Virus record (IMG/VR): IMGVR_UViG_3300045988_070117
Coordinates: 1-41,267 of that record
Reading direction: 5' to 3' (one strand)
DNA: 41,267 nt
From: a virus
Position 1 is the first letter of the stretch; each line of letters begins with the position of its first letter. Positions 15,496-24,998 of this stretch are shown one piece after another. Position numbers and translations under genes: made by a program. The notes under the pieces were generated by a model, which did no database searches, was not told the DNA's origin, and saw nothing but the letters and a program-made list of their open reading frames with translations.

Positions 15496-15884
15496 ATATT
15501 TGCATACTAGAAGGGAAAGTATTCGACGCGAACGTAGTCGAAATCGAGGAGAATTTCAACATCTTATATACCGATAACACGAAACGCACGCTTGCGAGCG
15601 GGCATATGTTTCTTGACCCCATCGGGACGTTTATCGGGCACTCGGTGACGTTCGCGCCGGGTAATAACCGCGCGGATTTCGACGCGCTGTGGGACTTCTT
15701 CAAGGTTCCGCGGCGCGAAGGCTTTAATGTCACGTGTATCGACGGACAGAACCGGACGATATCGTACAAGGCGTACACCTCCAACGGCGCACGGAAAACA
15801 TCCTGCATCCGAAACGGGATAGCGTACTGGGAAAGCCTACAGGTAAACGTTATCCCGATAGACGCGCAGGTGGTACCGACATGA
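15492..15884 (+). CDS. Distal tail protein-like
   Basis: First gene after the tape measure, ATGA-coupled. Confidence 0.55.
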   Translation: MNICILEGKVFDANVVEIEENFNILYTDNTKRTLASGHMFLDPIGTFIGHSVTFAPGNNRADFDALWDFFKVPRREGFNVTCIDGQNRTISYKAYTSNGARKTSCIRNGIAYWESLQVNVIPIDAQVVPT

Positions 15885-17497
15885 TCAGGATGATATACAA
15901 GGATATCGCCGTCGGGTCAAAGACGGCGTTTACTCCCACATCGGGCGACGCCGCGAGTATATCTAAGCTCTCCGACCTTAACGCCGATCTCGTTTTCGCG
16001 AGCTTCGGCACGGGCGGAGAGCTTAACCAGTTCCTTCTCGACGGCGAGCAGGGCGTACTTCCGGACGATCTGACAGATACCGCTATAGGGCTGTGGTCGG
16101 ACGCGCTATCTGGCGATGATGGGAGCTTTACAAGCCCGCTGACGCTGACTATGACCGCATCAGGGCTTTTTACGTCGCAAGGCATCACCCTGACGTTTGA
16201 CACAGACGTCGGCATATACGCGACGGCAGTGAATATCAAGTGGTACAATGGCGCGTCGCTGCTGTACAATGTGGACTTTACGCCGGATTCAGCGATTTAC
16301 TTCTGTAAGAAAAAAGTAGACAATTATAACAAAGTTGTACTGACATTTTCATCTATTAATTTTGCTCACTGCCGATTAAAACTCCGGGCAATTGATCACG
16401 GCGTCATACGTACCTTTGCCGGTCGGCTGCTGTCAGACATTTCAGTCATTCAGGAGTGTTCGCCGGTATCGGACGAAATCGCTATCGACACAATGGACTT
16501 CACGCTGATCAGCGGCGAGGACGTCAATTACGTCTTCCAGAGCAAACAGCCGATGTCGCTGTATACAGACAAAGACCTTCTGGGCGTCTTTTTCGTAAAG
16601 AGCTACGAACGGACAGCAAAGCAGATTTACAGCGTATCCACGGAGGACTATATAGGGCTTCTGGACAGCGTGCAGTTTGCAGGGGGTATTTACTCGTCTC
16701 AGAGCGCAACGGCACTCCTGACGGCTATATTCGTGTCTGCGAACGTCCCTGTAGACATCAGCGCCGACATACAGGGGAAGACCATTACGGGATGGATACC
16801 GGTGTGCACCTGCCGCGAAGCCGTGAGACAGATATGCTTTGCTATCGGTGCGGCTGTGTCCACAGCTCGAACGGACACGGTTCGGATTTTCATTCCCGGC
16901 AGTACGCCGGTGAAGAAATTCGGGCTGTCAGACACTATGCAAGGGCAGACGTTTAACGACCGCGATGTGAAGCTCACGGAGTTACGCGTGACTGTCCACA
17001 GCTACTCGCAGATCACCGAGGCTGCGGAGCTGTACAAAGCGGCTGACAGCGGTACGGGAACCGGCATATACGTCGAGTTTCCGGAGCCTATGCACGATCT
17101 AGTCATCACGAACGGCTCAATAACCTCGTCGGGCGCGAATTTCGCGGTCATCACGGCAAACTCCGGCTGTGTCCTCAGCGGCAAGAAGTACCGCGACATG
17201 ACGTCGGTGATCTCGAAAACAAATCCATTGACAAACGTCGGAGACCCGGCGAACATCGTCGAGGTGCGCGACATGACGCTTGTCAGCGCGTCGAACGCTC
17301 AAACACTGCTATCCACGCTGTGGGAGTTTTACGTTAAGTGCGGCACGATCACGTCGGAGCTGGTGCTTAACGGCGAGCGTCCCGGCGATATGATCACGCT
17401 GACTACGGAATATCTCGGCGATATCGACGCGCGAATAGAATCCGAGCGGTATAATCTTTATGGCGGCGCTATTGTCGCGGAGGTGACAGCACGATGA
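15881..17497 (+). CDS. Tail-associated / baseplate hub protein
   Basis: Track ORF 15734-17497 trimmed to ATG 15881 (AGGTGG RBS, ATGA overlap). Second gene after the tape measure. Confidence 0.7.
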   Translation: MIRMIYKDIAVGSKTAFTPTSGDAASISKLSDLNADLVFASFGTGGELNQFLLDGEQGVLPDDLTDTAIGLWSDALSGDDGSFTSPLTLTMTASGLFTSQGITLTFDTDVGIYATAVNIKWYNGASLLYNVDFTPDSAIYFCKKKVDNYNKVVLTFSSINFAHCRLKLRAIDHGVIRTFAGRLLSDISVIQECSPVSDEIAIDTMDFTLISGEDVNYVFQSKQPMSLYTDKDLLGVFFVKSYERTAKQIYSVSTEDYIGLLDSVQFAGGIYSSQSATALLTAIFVSANVPVDISADIQGKTITGWIPVCTCREAVRQICFAIGAAVSTARTDTVRIFIPGSTPVKKFGLSDTMQGQTFNDRDVKLTELRVTVHSYSQITEAAELYKAADSGTGTGIYVEFPEPMHDLVITNGSITSSGANFAVITANSGCVLSGKKYRDMTSVISKTNPLTNVGDPANIVEVRDMTLVSASNAQTLLSTLWEFYVKCGTITSELVLNGERPGDMITLTTEYLGDIDARIESERYNLYGGAIVAEVTAR

Positions 17498-17976
17498 ATT
17501 TAATCTATGACCGGACAGCGCAGGACGTCGAAACGGCGCGGGCACAGCGCGGGACGACACTGACGCCGCTTAAGGGCTGCTATAACGTCTCCGACCTCAA
17601 CCGCGTCGAATCCGCGGTAAAAACCCTCGCCGCCGCGCTGACGTCGGCGGGGTATCCAGTGGAGGTGACGCCGGTGCTCAAGGGGAGCAAATCCGAGGAC
17701 CGTGAATGGCAGGAAGGCGACATCGTTCGGCGTCCGCAATGGACGACATATCTTGACAATGTGCAGAGGCTCCGGGACGCGTACTACACGCTCGCGGAGA
17801 CAGGGGAGCTACCGAAGCCGGAGGACAAGCTGGGCTACATCGGCGCGAACAATATCGAAAAAGTCCTCGCGGATATTGACCTACTTATCGACTGTATGAA
17901 ATCGAGCTATCGACGGTGCGGAACTTTCCGCGCCGGGAACAACGCGGCTCATCTGCCGCTGAAAGGAAGTGTCTGA
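17494..17976 (+). CDS. Tail/baseplate-associated hypothetical protein
   Basis: ATGA-coupled, within the tail block. Confidence 0.6.
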   Translation: MNLIYDRTAQDVETARAQRGTTLTPLKGCYNVSDLNRVESAVKTLAAALTSAGYPVEVTPVLKGSKSEDREWQEGDIVRRPQWTTYLDNVQRLRDAYYTLAETGELPKPEDKLGYIGANNIEKVLADIDLLIDCMKSSYRRCGTFRAGNNAAHLPLKGSV

Positions 17977-17977
17977 A

Positions 17978-19189
17978 ATGGCTGTATATCAAGCACCGGA
18001 CGTTAAAGATCGTGTCGCGACCGGCGACGACCTTTACACGATCACTGACAGCGGAGGCAAGAAGAAGCTCACGCCGTCTCCGACCGAAGTCTCAGAACCC
18101 GGCACCGAAATCAACCGGGCACTGCTTATGCCGCTGATGAAAGCGGTCGAGGGGCTGGACGCGAATATCCTGCCCTACACCGACTACTGGTGGCGGCGCA
18201 GGGCGAGCTCGGGCGCATACGCCGAAACACAGTCGACGGCGTTTACGCAGGCAAACGCCGGGTATTACAGCTCGATAATTTATTTCTTCTATCACGGCGA
18301 AAGCGAGAGCTATCCGCCGTCCGTCACTTTTAAGATCGCGTCATCAGTCACCATCAATCAATCCACGGGCGCGGTGACGATGAACAACCCGACCACCAAG
18401 ACAGTGAAGTACAGCGATTACTCATCCGAGTCCGCGCTGGCAGAAGCACTGCAATCCATGTGCGCCGGGAAATACATTTCCGGGCTTCCCTGCCAGCAGG
18501 ACGCGACGAAGATCATGAAAGTCCCGCAATCCGCTTATGTGAAAGTCTACGCCGTGGCGGCCTCGACCACCGCGCCGATACGCGGGTATATCGGATTCCT
18601 CAGCCCCACCGGCGACTGGGGCGGATGGGGTCCCGGCACGGACGTGCAACTGATCGGGAGTATCAAGCAGACCACGACCGGCGACTGGGAGTATCTCTCT
18701 TCGCCAGATTCAACCGCCTACCCGCACAGCGGCACGTCCGGCGGATATGAGTATGTTTATTACGGGCAAATTTACTCGTATGTGCTTAATCCTCCGGCAG
18801 ATAAAATGAAGACCGCAAACATCACATCGGCGTCGTATTCGAGCAATAAGTACTCCGTCGACGTGCCGGGCAATATCTGCGCGTTCGCCGTGAGTAATGA
18901 TCCGTATTATATCCAGGAAACCGGCGAAATAACAGGCATAATCGACAAGGCATCAGGCTTTGTGTGGTATTGCGGGAATGAGGACATAAAAAATTATTCG
19001 CGGACGGCAGCAATGGTGCATGCCGGCAATAATGTAAGCATTGAGTATAATCACTACTCGTCCGGGTCAAATCTGACGCGAAAAATTGCCAAATACAGCA
19101 ATGGCAAACTGCTTTTTGGATATGGCAACACTGGCGATGATAATAATTTTAATTACACGGGTACCGTCTATCTACTGCCGTTAAAATAA
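17978..19189 (+). CDS. Tail fibre / receptor-binding-type structural protein
   Basis: Track ORF trimmed to ATG 17978 (GAAAGGAAG upstream). 403 aa, within the tail block. Confidence 0.6.
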   Translation: MAVYQAPDVKDRVATGDDLYTITDSGGKKKLTPSPTEVSEPGTEINRALLMPLMKAVEGLDANILPYTDYWWRRRASSGAYAETQSTAFTQANAGYYSSIIYFFYHGESESYPPSVTFKIASSVTINQSTGAVTMNNPTTKTVKYSDYSSESALAEALQSMCAGKYISGLPCQQDATKIMKVPQSAYVKVYAVAASTTAPIRGYIGFLSPTGDWGGWGPGTDVQLIGSIKQTTTGDWEYLSSPDSTAYPHSGTSGGYEYVYYGQIYSYVLNPPADKMKTANITSASYSSNKYSVDVPGNICAFAVSNDPYYIQETGEITGIIDKASGFVWYCGNEDIKNYSRTAAMVHAGNNVSIEYNHYSSGSNLTRKIAKYSNGKLLFGYGNTGDDNNFNYTGTVYLLPLK

Positions 19190-19199
19190 GGAGGACACA

Positions 19200-19547
19200 A
19201 TGACCTATCAACTCTGGGATAAAACATCCCCGATCTACGACATCACCGCCGAGCAGGCGATGATAAATAACCCGCTGTACGAGAGCGAAAACTCGTATCT
19301 TATCCTCCGCGACGACGGCTCAATCCTCGACATTCTGCCGATATCCACACTGAGGGAGATGACCGGGAAGGACGCGACAGCGACTGACGAGGAGGTGTGC
19401 GCGGCGTATATTGCGCAGATCACCGCGCCGCCACCTGCACCGCCGTCCGGCGGCGACGTCTCCGAACTCGCCGCAAAGGTCGCGAACCTCGAGGAACAGC
19501 TCGCAACGATTGAAACCGTCAACAAAACCATTTTAGGAGTTGAATGA
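19200..19547 (+). CDS. Hypothetical tail-module protein
   Basis: AAGGAGGA RBS. Pro-rich linker followed by a short coiled-coil C-terminus. Confidence 0.6.
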   Translation: MTYQLWDKTSPIYDITAEQAMINNPLYESENSYLILRDDGSILDILPISTLREMTGKDATATDEEVCAAYIAQITAPPPAPPSGGDVSELAAKVANLEEQLATIETVNKTILGVE

Positions 19548-19548
19548 T

Positions 19549-19968
19549 ATGGACGAAAAACTTATCGAAGCCGCAAGAAAATTCCGCGCGGTCGTCGAGG
19601 AGATGACCAAGAGCGCCGATGATCAGACGGTATCGAAAGCCCCGACCGCTTGCCCACGTCTGAAGCGGGACGGCTCGCTGGTGAAAGCCGGGACGAAAAT
19701 CTATTGGAACGGCGTCGTGAAGAAAGCCGGAAGTGACCTGTGGGACACCGAAGCGAACGACCCTGACCACGCGCCGAACTTATGGGAAGATCTGCTGTAC
19801 AAGGACGGCTATCGCATCATCCCTGAGAACATCACCGTGACCGGAGCTTTCAGCAACGGCGAAAAGGGCTGGTGGAAGGGGCAGCTGTGGGAGTCCATAG
19901 TAAGCAACAACGTTTACACCCCGGAGCAGTACGCGCCTAACTGGAAGCTGGTGAAAAATGATAATTGA
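19549..19968 (+). CDS. Hypothetical protein with two Trp-rich carbohydrate-binding-like repeats
   Basis: Trimmed to ATG 19549 (AGGAG 9 nt upstream). The repeats are YWNGVVKKAGSDLWDT and GWWKGQLWESIVSNNVYTPEQYAPNWKLV. Confidence 0.55.
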   Translation: MDEKLIEAARKFRAVVEEMTKSADDQTVSKAPTACPRLKRDGSLVKAGTKIYWNGVVKKAGSDLWDTEANDPDHAPNLWEDLLYKDGYRIIPENITVTGAFSNGEKGWWKGQLWESIVSNNVYTPEQYAPNWKLVKNDN

Positions 19969-20293
19969 CAAGATAATCGCATGGGCAATCCCTTTTATCT
20001 GCGGCGGCGTGATCACCGGGCTGATCACATATGTAAAATCCTTAAAGCGAAAGAACGACGCCGTCGAAGACGGAGTGCAATGCCTGCTTCGTGCGGAGAT
20101 CATCCGGAGCCACGAAAAATACATGGAAAAAAGCCACTGTCCAATCTACGCGAAGGAAGCCTTGAAGCGGGCATACAGCGCATATCACCGACTCCACGGA
20201 AACGATGTCGCGACCACGCTTTACAAAGAAACCATGGCGCTTCCGACAGACCCGCCAAAGAAATTATTAACGGAGGGAAACACATATGATTGA
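19958..20293 (+). CDS. Membrane-anchored hypothetical protein
   Basis: One N-terminal TM segment, IIAWAIPFICGGVITGLITYV. Confidence 0.55.
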   Translation: MIIDKIIAWAIPFICGGVITGLITYVKSLKRKNDAVEDGVQCLLRAEIIRSHEKYMEKSHCPIYAKEALKRAYSAYHRLHGNDVATTLYKETMALPTDPPKKLLTEGNTYD

Positions 20294-22793
20294 AATTACA
20301 GCCGTCCCCGGCAAAGTGCTCATGCTCGGTCGACAGGGCGAAAACCTTGCCCGGAAAGTGATCTTTTCCGTATCCGGTGTCCGGGCGGAATTCGGCGACG
20401 GCGCTTTCCGACTCTCAGCTCGCCGCGCCGGAGAATCCAACGTCTACCCCGCGGCAGTGACGGAAAACGGCGACACTGTCGAATGGTCGCTCACCGCCGC
20501 CGACACGCAGAACGCCGGGCGCGGGCAGTGCGAACTTGCCTACTACGCCGGAGAGACCAGACTTAAGACGTGGACATATGACACGGCGATTGCAAAGTCG
20601 CTGACCGGATCGCCCAAAACCGATCCGTACGACGAGTTTTTAGACGAGGTGAACCGGCTCGCCGCCGAGGCGGCAATCTCACAAAGGGAAGCGAAGAATT
20701 CGGAAAACGCTGCGAAAAACTCGGAAGAAAATGCGAAAGCATCCGAGAACGCCGCGAAAACCTCCGAGAACAACGCCGCCGAGTACGCGCGGGCAGCCCT
20801 CGCCGCTGAAACGAAATCCAAACAGAACGCCGAATATGCCGCCTCTGCCGCGGCGACTGCCGGGCAAAATGCACAGAACGCCGCCGTATCCGCGACGAAC
20901 GCGGCAAGCAGCGCGAGCGCCGCCGAAACCCACGAAAAAGGCGCGAAAGACGCCGCCACTGCCGCCGCCGGGTCCGCGACATCTGCCGGGGAATCCGCCG
21001 CCGCTGCGGAGACGTCGAGGGCGGGCGCGGCAGAGATCAAAGCGCAGATTGACGAGATCAAAGCCGGAATCGATCAGGTGAAAGCTGATATTGACCAAAC
21101 CAAAACCGACACTCTTGCCGCGAAAACCGCCGCCGAAACCGCCGCCACGACCGCGACCGAAAAAGCCGCGGAAATCGCGGACAGCGCGGCACAGATCGCG
21201 ACGAACACCGAAAACATCGGGAAGAACGCGGCGGGCATCGAAACCAACACCGCAGACATCGACCTCCTTCGGCGCGAGAACGTCGAGCTCCGGGCGAAGA
21301 CCGACGCGCTGTGGAAGCTGTCCGAGGGCAAGAGCTACGATTTTGTCGAGGACAGCGCGGAGGCGTACAGCAAAGACGTGCCGACCGGGTGCAGTTTTGC
21401 ACAGGTGGAGAAGATCGGCGGAAAGACCGTGGCGCGGAATGCCGGGGAGCTGGTCAGTGCGAAGGTGGAGGATGTGAAGGTAGGCTTCCCGGAGCAGTCG
21501 GGCAGCATTGTGACTATCTCCGATGGCATCGACGGACACGCGCTGGATGTCACTGCAAGCTGGACGCCGACACAGGCGGGAAGCGGCGACCCGAGTCCCG
21601 AGAACATAAGACCGATATCCGGACGGAACAAGATCACGCTGACGAGATGTGGCAGGAATCTGTGGAGCTATGGCGATTTGACAATCACGTCAATGAAAGA
21701 AATTGCGCTGAATTATCCGGCGGGACAGTATATCTTCACTGCAAACTTGGATACCGACGCTAAGACGACGGTGCAGGTCGGTGTGTTGGTGGATGGGGCG
21801 TGGAGGTACTTTCAGAATGCCCCTGCAAAACCAATAGCAATCAAAATAACGGCGACCAAGTCTTTCGGGGGTGTGCGCCTATATGCCGGGAGCTCACCAT
21901 CTGAGCAGACGACCACCGCATACCGGAACGTTGCTGTTTGGGTGGGCTCGACAGCTCCCGCGGCTTACGCCTCCTACTCCGGCGAAAGCACCACGCTCTC
22001 TCTTCCCGAAACGATCTACGGCGGCAATGTGGATCAGGACGGAAACGGAGTGAAAGAATGGGCGCTGCTGACGCTGGATGGGACGGAAGCATGGAAGTAC
22101 GACGAGATTTATATTTATCTCTCCGCGGCAGTTTCCGCTCCTGTTGTGGGACCGCCTGAAGTGCACAGGGGTGTGTGCAGCCATTTCAGATATTCTTACA
22201 GTTACGCGGGAAATTGCCTTTTTATTGATAACAGGGCGTTATATATCGGTCAGGAATTAACAACCAAGTACACGCTCGAAACCTGGAAATCCTACCTCTC
22301 CGCCCAGAAAGCCGCCGGAACTCCGGTGACAATCGCCTACAAACTCGCGCCCCCGACGACCTTTACCGCGACCGGCGCGAAGGCCATCACAGCGAAAAGC
22401 GGCGTGAATACCGTGTTTTCCGACGCGGACAGTGTGAAGGTGAAATACTCCGACGACACCTACCCCATCCCCGACGCCGTCAAGGCTCTGCCGGGATATG
22501 GGTGGAGCGCGGGGAACCTTTGCAACGAGATCGTCCGGCGCGCGGACGGGTGGGACTATGTGCAGAGGATCGGACTGCCCGCGACGACGGACGGGTATAC
22601 CGCTCTCGGCACTCCGACAACCACCGACATCACCGACCTTATGACCGGCGCACTGCCGCTCCTGACGACGGAACCGGGCGGCACGATAACGATGCACCAC
22701 GCACTCGCGGACAGCGGGCTGACGTTGGATGTGCCGAACACCGTGAAATATATTCGCGACCTGAAGGAGGTGGCAAGCAGTGGCACTGAGTGA
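20286..22793 (+). CDS. Tail fibre protein with Ala-rich coiled-coil shaft
   Basis: 835 aa. Four imperfect heptad repeats (NSENAAK, NSEENAK, ASENAAK, TSENNAA) are followed by a long Ala/Thr/Glu helical region and a beta-rich C-terminal part. Confidence 0.75.
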   Translation: MIEITAVPGKVLMLGRQGENLARKVIFSVSGVRAEFGDGAFRLSARRAGESNVYPAAVTENGDTVEWSLTAADTQNAGRGQCELAYYAGETRLKTWTYDTAIAKSLTGSPKTDPYDEFLDEVNRLAAEAAISQREAKNSENAAKNSEENAKASENAAKTSENNAAEYARAALAAETKSKQNAEYAASAAATAGQNAQNAAVSATNAASSASAAETHEKGAKDAATAAAGSATSAGESAAAAETSRAGAAEIKAQIDEIKAGIDQVKADIDQTKTDTLAAKTAAETAATTATEKAAEIADSAAQIATNTENIGKNAAGIETNTADIDLLRRENVELRAKTDALWKLSEGKSYDFVEDSAEAYSKDVPTGCSFAQVEKIGGKTVARNAGELVSAKVEDVKVGFPEQSGSIVTISDGIDGHALDVTASWTPTQAGSGDPSPENIRPISGRNKITLTRCGRNLWSYGDLTITSMKEIALNYPAGQYIFTANLDTDAKTTVQVGVLVDGAWRYFQNAPAKPIAIKITATKSFGGVRLYAGSSPSEQTTTAYRNVAVWVGSTAPAAYASYSGESTTLSLPETIYGGNVDQDGNGVKEWALLTLDGTEAWKYDEIYIYLSAAVSAPVVGPPEVHRGVCSHFRYSYSYAGNCLFIDNRALYIGQELTTKYTLETWKSYLSAQKAAGTPVTIAYKLAPPTTFTATGAKAITAKSGVNTVFSDADSVKVKYSDDTYPIPDAVKALPGYGWSAGNLCNEIVRRADGWDYVQRIGLPATTDGYTALGTPTTTDITDLMTGALPLLTTEPGGTITMHHALADSGLTLDVPNTVKYIRDLKEVASSGTE

Positions 22794-22971
22794 GGCTGAA
22801 AAAGCACTGATCAAGGCGGCGGGGCTGACCGAAGCCGACTTTACTGGGGAAAAGGACGAAAGCCCTGACCCGGTCACCGTCACAGACCCGGAGCTTGAAA
22901 AGCGCGTCGCGACGGTCGAAGAGACCGTTGAGGCGGTAAAAATTATCTTGATGGGGGAGGAGAAATTGTGA
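22780..22971 (+). CDS. Small hypothetical protein preceding the endolysin
   Basis: GTG start with GGAGG 9 nt upstream; GTGA-coupled to the endolysin gene. Confidence 0.5.
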   Translation: MALSEAEKALIKAAGLTEADFTGEKDESPDPVTVTDPELEKRVATVEETVEAVKIILMGEEKL

Positions 22972-23768
22972 GAGGAATCGACATTTCCCGGCACAACACC
23001 ATCCGGAGCTTCCCCGCGATAAAGTCACAGGGGGTGGATTTCTGCGTCATCCGCGCCGGGTACGGCACGGTGGTCGATGCCAAGTTTGAAGCCCACATAA
23101 AAGCGGCGAAAGACGCGGGAATGCTCGTCGGCGCATACTGGTTCTGTTATGCGCTCGACGTCGCCGACGCGCGACGGGAAGCCGAGGTATGCGCGGAGAC
23201 ACTGCGCGGGCATCAGCTCGACTTGCCAGTGTTTTATGATTTTGAGTACGACACGGAGCGGTACGCCGAGAAGCGCAAAGTGACATATAACCCGAAGCTC
23301 CGGACGGACATCATAGACACTTTTTGTACCGAAATGACGAAGCGCGGGTATAAAGCCGGTGTATACACAAACCCGGACTACTGGCTCTACAAGCTCAACT
23401 CCGACCGGCTGTCGAAGTACGCGCTGTGGATCGCATCGTACAAAAGCAAAGACGGCAAGGCGACTTTCGACACAGTGTTGCCGACCGACCTTCCGCCCGC
23501 GTTTCAGAACGCCATGCTGTGGCAGTTCGGCATGTGCAAAATGCCGAAAGCTGTCGGGTATGTAGACATCGACTATGGGTACGGCGTCAAGCCGCCCGCG
23601 CCAAAGAAAACGTATAAGGTCGGCGACGAATACACGATAAAGCCCGGCGACCTTTACACGACCGGACGGAAAGTCCCCGCACGGCTCGTCGGGAAGACTT
23701 ACACCGTCTGGCAGACGAAGCCCGGCGCGGTGCTGCTCAAAGAGATCGTGAGCTGGGTGAGCGTATGA
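22968..23768 (+). CDS. Endolysin: GH25 muramidase with a C-terminal SH3-like wall-binding domain
   Basis: RGIDISRHNTI...GVDFCVIRAGYGT is the GH25 signature. The C-terminus KTYKVGDEYTIKPGDLYTTGRKVP...VWQTKPG is SH3-like. Confidence 0.9.
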   Translation: MRGIDISRHNTIRSFPAIKSQGVDFCVIRAGYGTVVDAKFEAHIKAAKDAGMLVGAYWFCYALDVADARREAEVCAETLRGHQLDLPVFYDFEYDTERYAEKRKVTYNPKLRTDIIDTFCTEMTKRGYKAGVYTNPDYWLYKLNSDRLSKYALWIASYKSKDGKATFDTVLPTDLPPAFQNAMLWQFGMCKMPKAVGYVDIDYGYGVKPPAPKKTYKVGDEYTIKPGDLYTTGRKVPARLVGKTYTVWQTKPGAVLLKEIVSWVSV

Positions 23769-24121
23769 GATACTTAAAACGGCTGATTCTCGCGGTTTTA
23801 ATTTACCTCGCGGTTTACCTGCCGTTTATCGCCGTCCTGCAAGCCCTCACCGGCGCCGACCTGACCGCCGCCTCTTCGGTCGGCGGGATCGTCGGGGCTG
23901 TGGAACTCGCGCTCGGAAGTATTATTAAAATCACTGAAAACAAAGAGATAAGCAAGAAAGGATATATCGAAAATGAACAAGATAGATATAACGCCGATTC
24001 TGGAACTGGCAGTGAAGCTGATCTTCGCGGCAGTGACGATTTTCCTGATCCCGAAGATCAAGAAGCTGTTCGCGACAAAAGTCTCGGAGAGCGACCAGAA
24101 GAAACTGATCCGCTGGGCTGA
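23765..24121 (+). CDS. Two-TM membrane protein (holin-like); 3' end uncertain
   Basis: The TM segments are LILAVLIYLAVYLPFIAVLQAL and AASSVGGIVGAVELALGSII. The last ~149 nt overlap the next gene out of frame. Confidence 0.5.
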   Translation: MRYLKRLILAVLIYLAVYLPFIAVLQALTGADLTAASSVGGIVGAVELALGSIIKITENKEISKKGYIENEQDRYNADSGTGSEADLRGSDDFPDPEDQEAVRDKSLGERPEETDPLG

Positions 24122-24308
24122 AATCGCCGTACAGGCTGCGGAAGAGGCTGCGCGTTCCGGGCTGATCGACAAAAAGGCGAAGTATCAATACGCGAAAAGC
24201 TTCCTCGAGGCTCGCGGTGCGACCCTCGACGCCGACGCCATGCAGGCGCTGATCGACTCCACCGTGTGGGAACTTTTCAATCGCTTCAAAGACGAAAGCG
24301 AGGAATAA
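23973..24308 (+). CDS. Holin, LL-H-like
   Basis: N-terminal TM ILELAVKLIFAAVTIFLIP, then a helical tail with the IRWAEIAVQAAEEAARSG...KKAKYQYA pattern of LL-H holins. Confidence 0.7.
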   Translation: MNKIDITPILELAVKLIFAAVTIFLIPKIKKLFATKVSESDQKKLIRWAEIAVQAAEEAARSGLIDKKAKYQYAKSFLEARGATLDADAMQALIDSTVWELFNRFKDESEE

Positions 24309-24520
24309 TGAAGGCAGACGATCTGGCTGATCTCACGCGCACGGAGTGGGCGCGGCTTATCGATGAGTGCATCCATGATCGGCAGTGGCGCGAGATCTTC
24401 AAGGCTCGATGGCTCGACAACGAAAAGTTCGAGCCCCTCGCGGAGCATTTTCAGCTGTCCGTTCGACAAACACAGCGGATAGTAAAGGCTTGCGAGCAAA
24501 AGATACAACGGCATATATAA
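24308..24520 (+). CDS. Small HTH protein, sigma-region-4-like
   Basis: Track ORF trimmed to ATG 24308 (TAATG overlap, GAGGAA RBS). FEPLAEHFQLSVRQTQRIVKACEQKI looks like an HTH. Confidence 0.6.
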   Translation: MKADDLADLTRTEWARLIDECIHDRQWREIFKARWLDNEKFEPLAEHFQLSVRQTQRIVKACEQKIQRHI

Positions 24521-24527
24521 TGGCATG

Positions 24528-24557
24528 AAAGCGGCACGAAAGTGCCGCTTTTTTTTC
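24528..24557 (+). terminator. Strong intrinsic terminator ending the late operon
   Basis: GCGGCAC GAAA GTGCCGC flanked by AAA and T8. Confidence 0.85.
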
Positions 24558-24578
24558 GTACACTTTTGCGTCTGAATG

Positions 24579-24587
24579 TGGTACAAT
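24579..24587 (+). promoter_or_regulatory. Extended -10 promoter element (TGgTACAAT) without a clear -35
   Basis: Lies between the terminator and the RBS/ATG at 24603. Confidence 0.5.
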
Positions 24588-24602
24588 ATAGACACAGAGG
24601 TG

Positions 24603-24998
24603 ATGAAATTGTTTGAGAACTACCAATCCCCCTTTACTCCGCCGATGATGTGGGGACAACAGCGGCCACAAATGCAGCAGCAGCTCCCGCCACAGCAAGT
24701 AACGCGCGTCAGCGGGCAGAACGGCGCTCAGGCATACGCACTGCCGCCGAACTCGTCGGCTCTCTTGCTCGATGAGACCGCGCCTATCGTATGGCTGAAG
24801 ACCACAGACGGAGCCGGATACCCTACGCTTACGCCATACGATATTATCCCGCATCAGACACCGGCGCCGGTCGACGCGTCGAGCCTCGAGGCGCGAATTA
24901 AAAAGCTGGAGGACATGATATATGCAAAACCCGATACTGCAAGCGCTGAGGCAAAACCCGCAGCAAAACAACCCGCTGGCAATGGTGGCAAAGTTTAA
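24603..24998 (+). CDS. Hypothetical protein with a Gln/Pro-rich N-terminus
   Basis: Track ORF trimmed to ATG 24603 (AGAGG RBS). First gene of the post-lysis operon. Confidence 0.6.
   Translation: MKLFENYQSPFTPPMMWGQQRPQMQQQLPPQQVTRVSGQNGAQAYALPPNSSALLLDETAPIVWLKTTDGAGYPTLTPYDIIPHQTPAPVDASSLEARIKKLEDMIYAKPDTASAEAKPAAKQPAGNGGKV

Noticed and set aside
15734-15880. N-terminal extensions of track ORFs (15734-15880; likewise 36665-36943, 38213-38341, 260-331, 1349-1426, 2392-2490, 24266-24307)
   Set aside because: The internal ATGs have proper RBSs and stop-start overlaps with the upstream genes. The extensions overlap upstream genes out of frame.
20543-21539. Several long alternative-frame and antisense ORFs (172, 139, 286, 116, 128 and 114 aa) in the tail-fibre gene
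   Set aside because: They arise from the Ala-rich GCN-repeat coding region, which lacks stops in all frames. The products are Arg/Pro/Gly low-complexity strings.
20286-22793. Diversity-generating retroelement targeting the tail fibre
   Set aside because: There is no reverse transcriptase gene anywhere in the genome, and I found no template-repeat copy of the fibre C-terminus.
22257-22994. 245-aa minus-strand ORF
   Set aside because: It is antisense to the tail-fibre C-terminus and the small ORF before the endolysin, with no start context.
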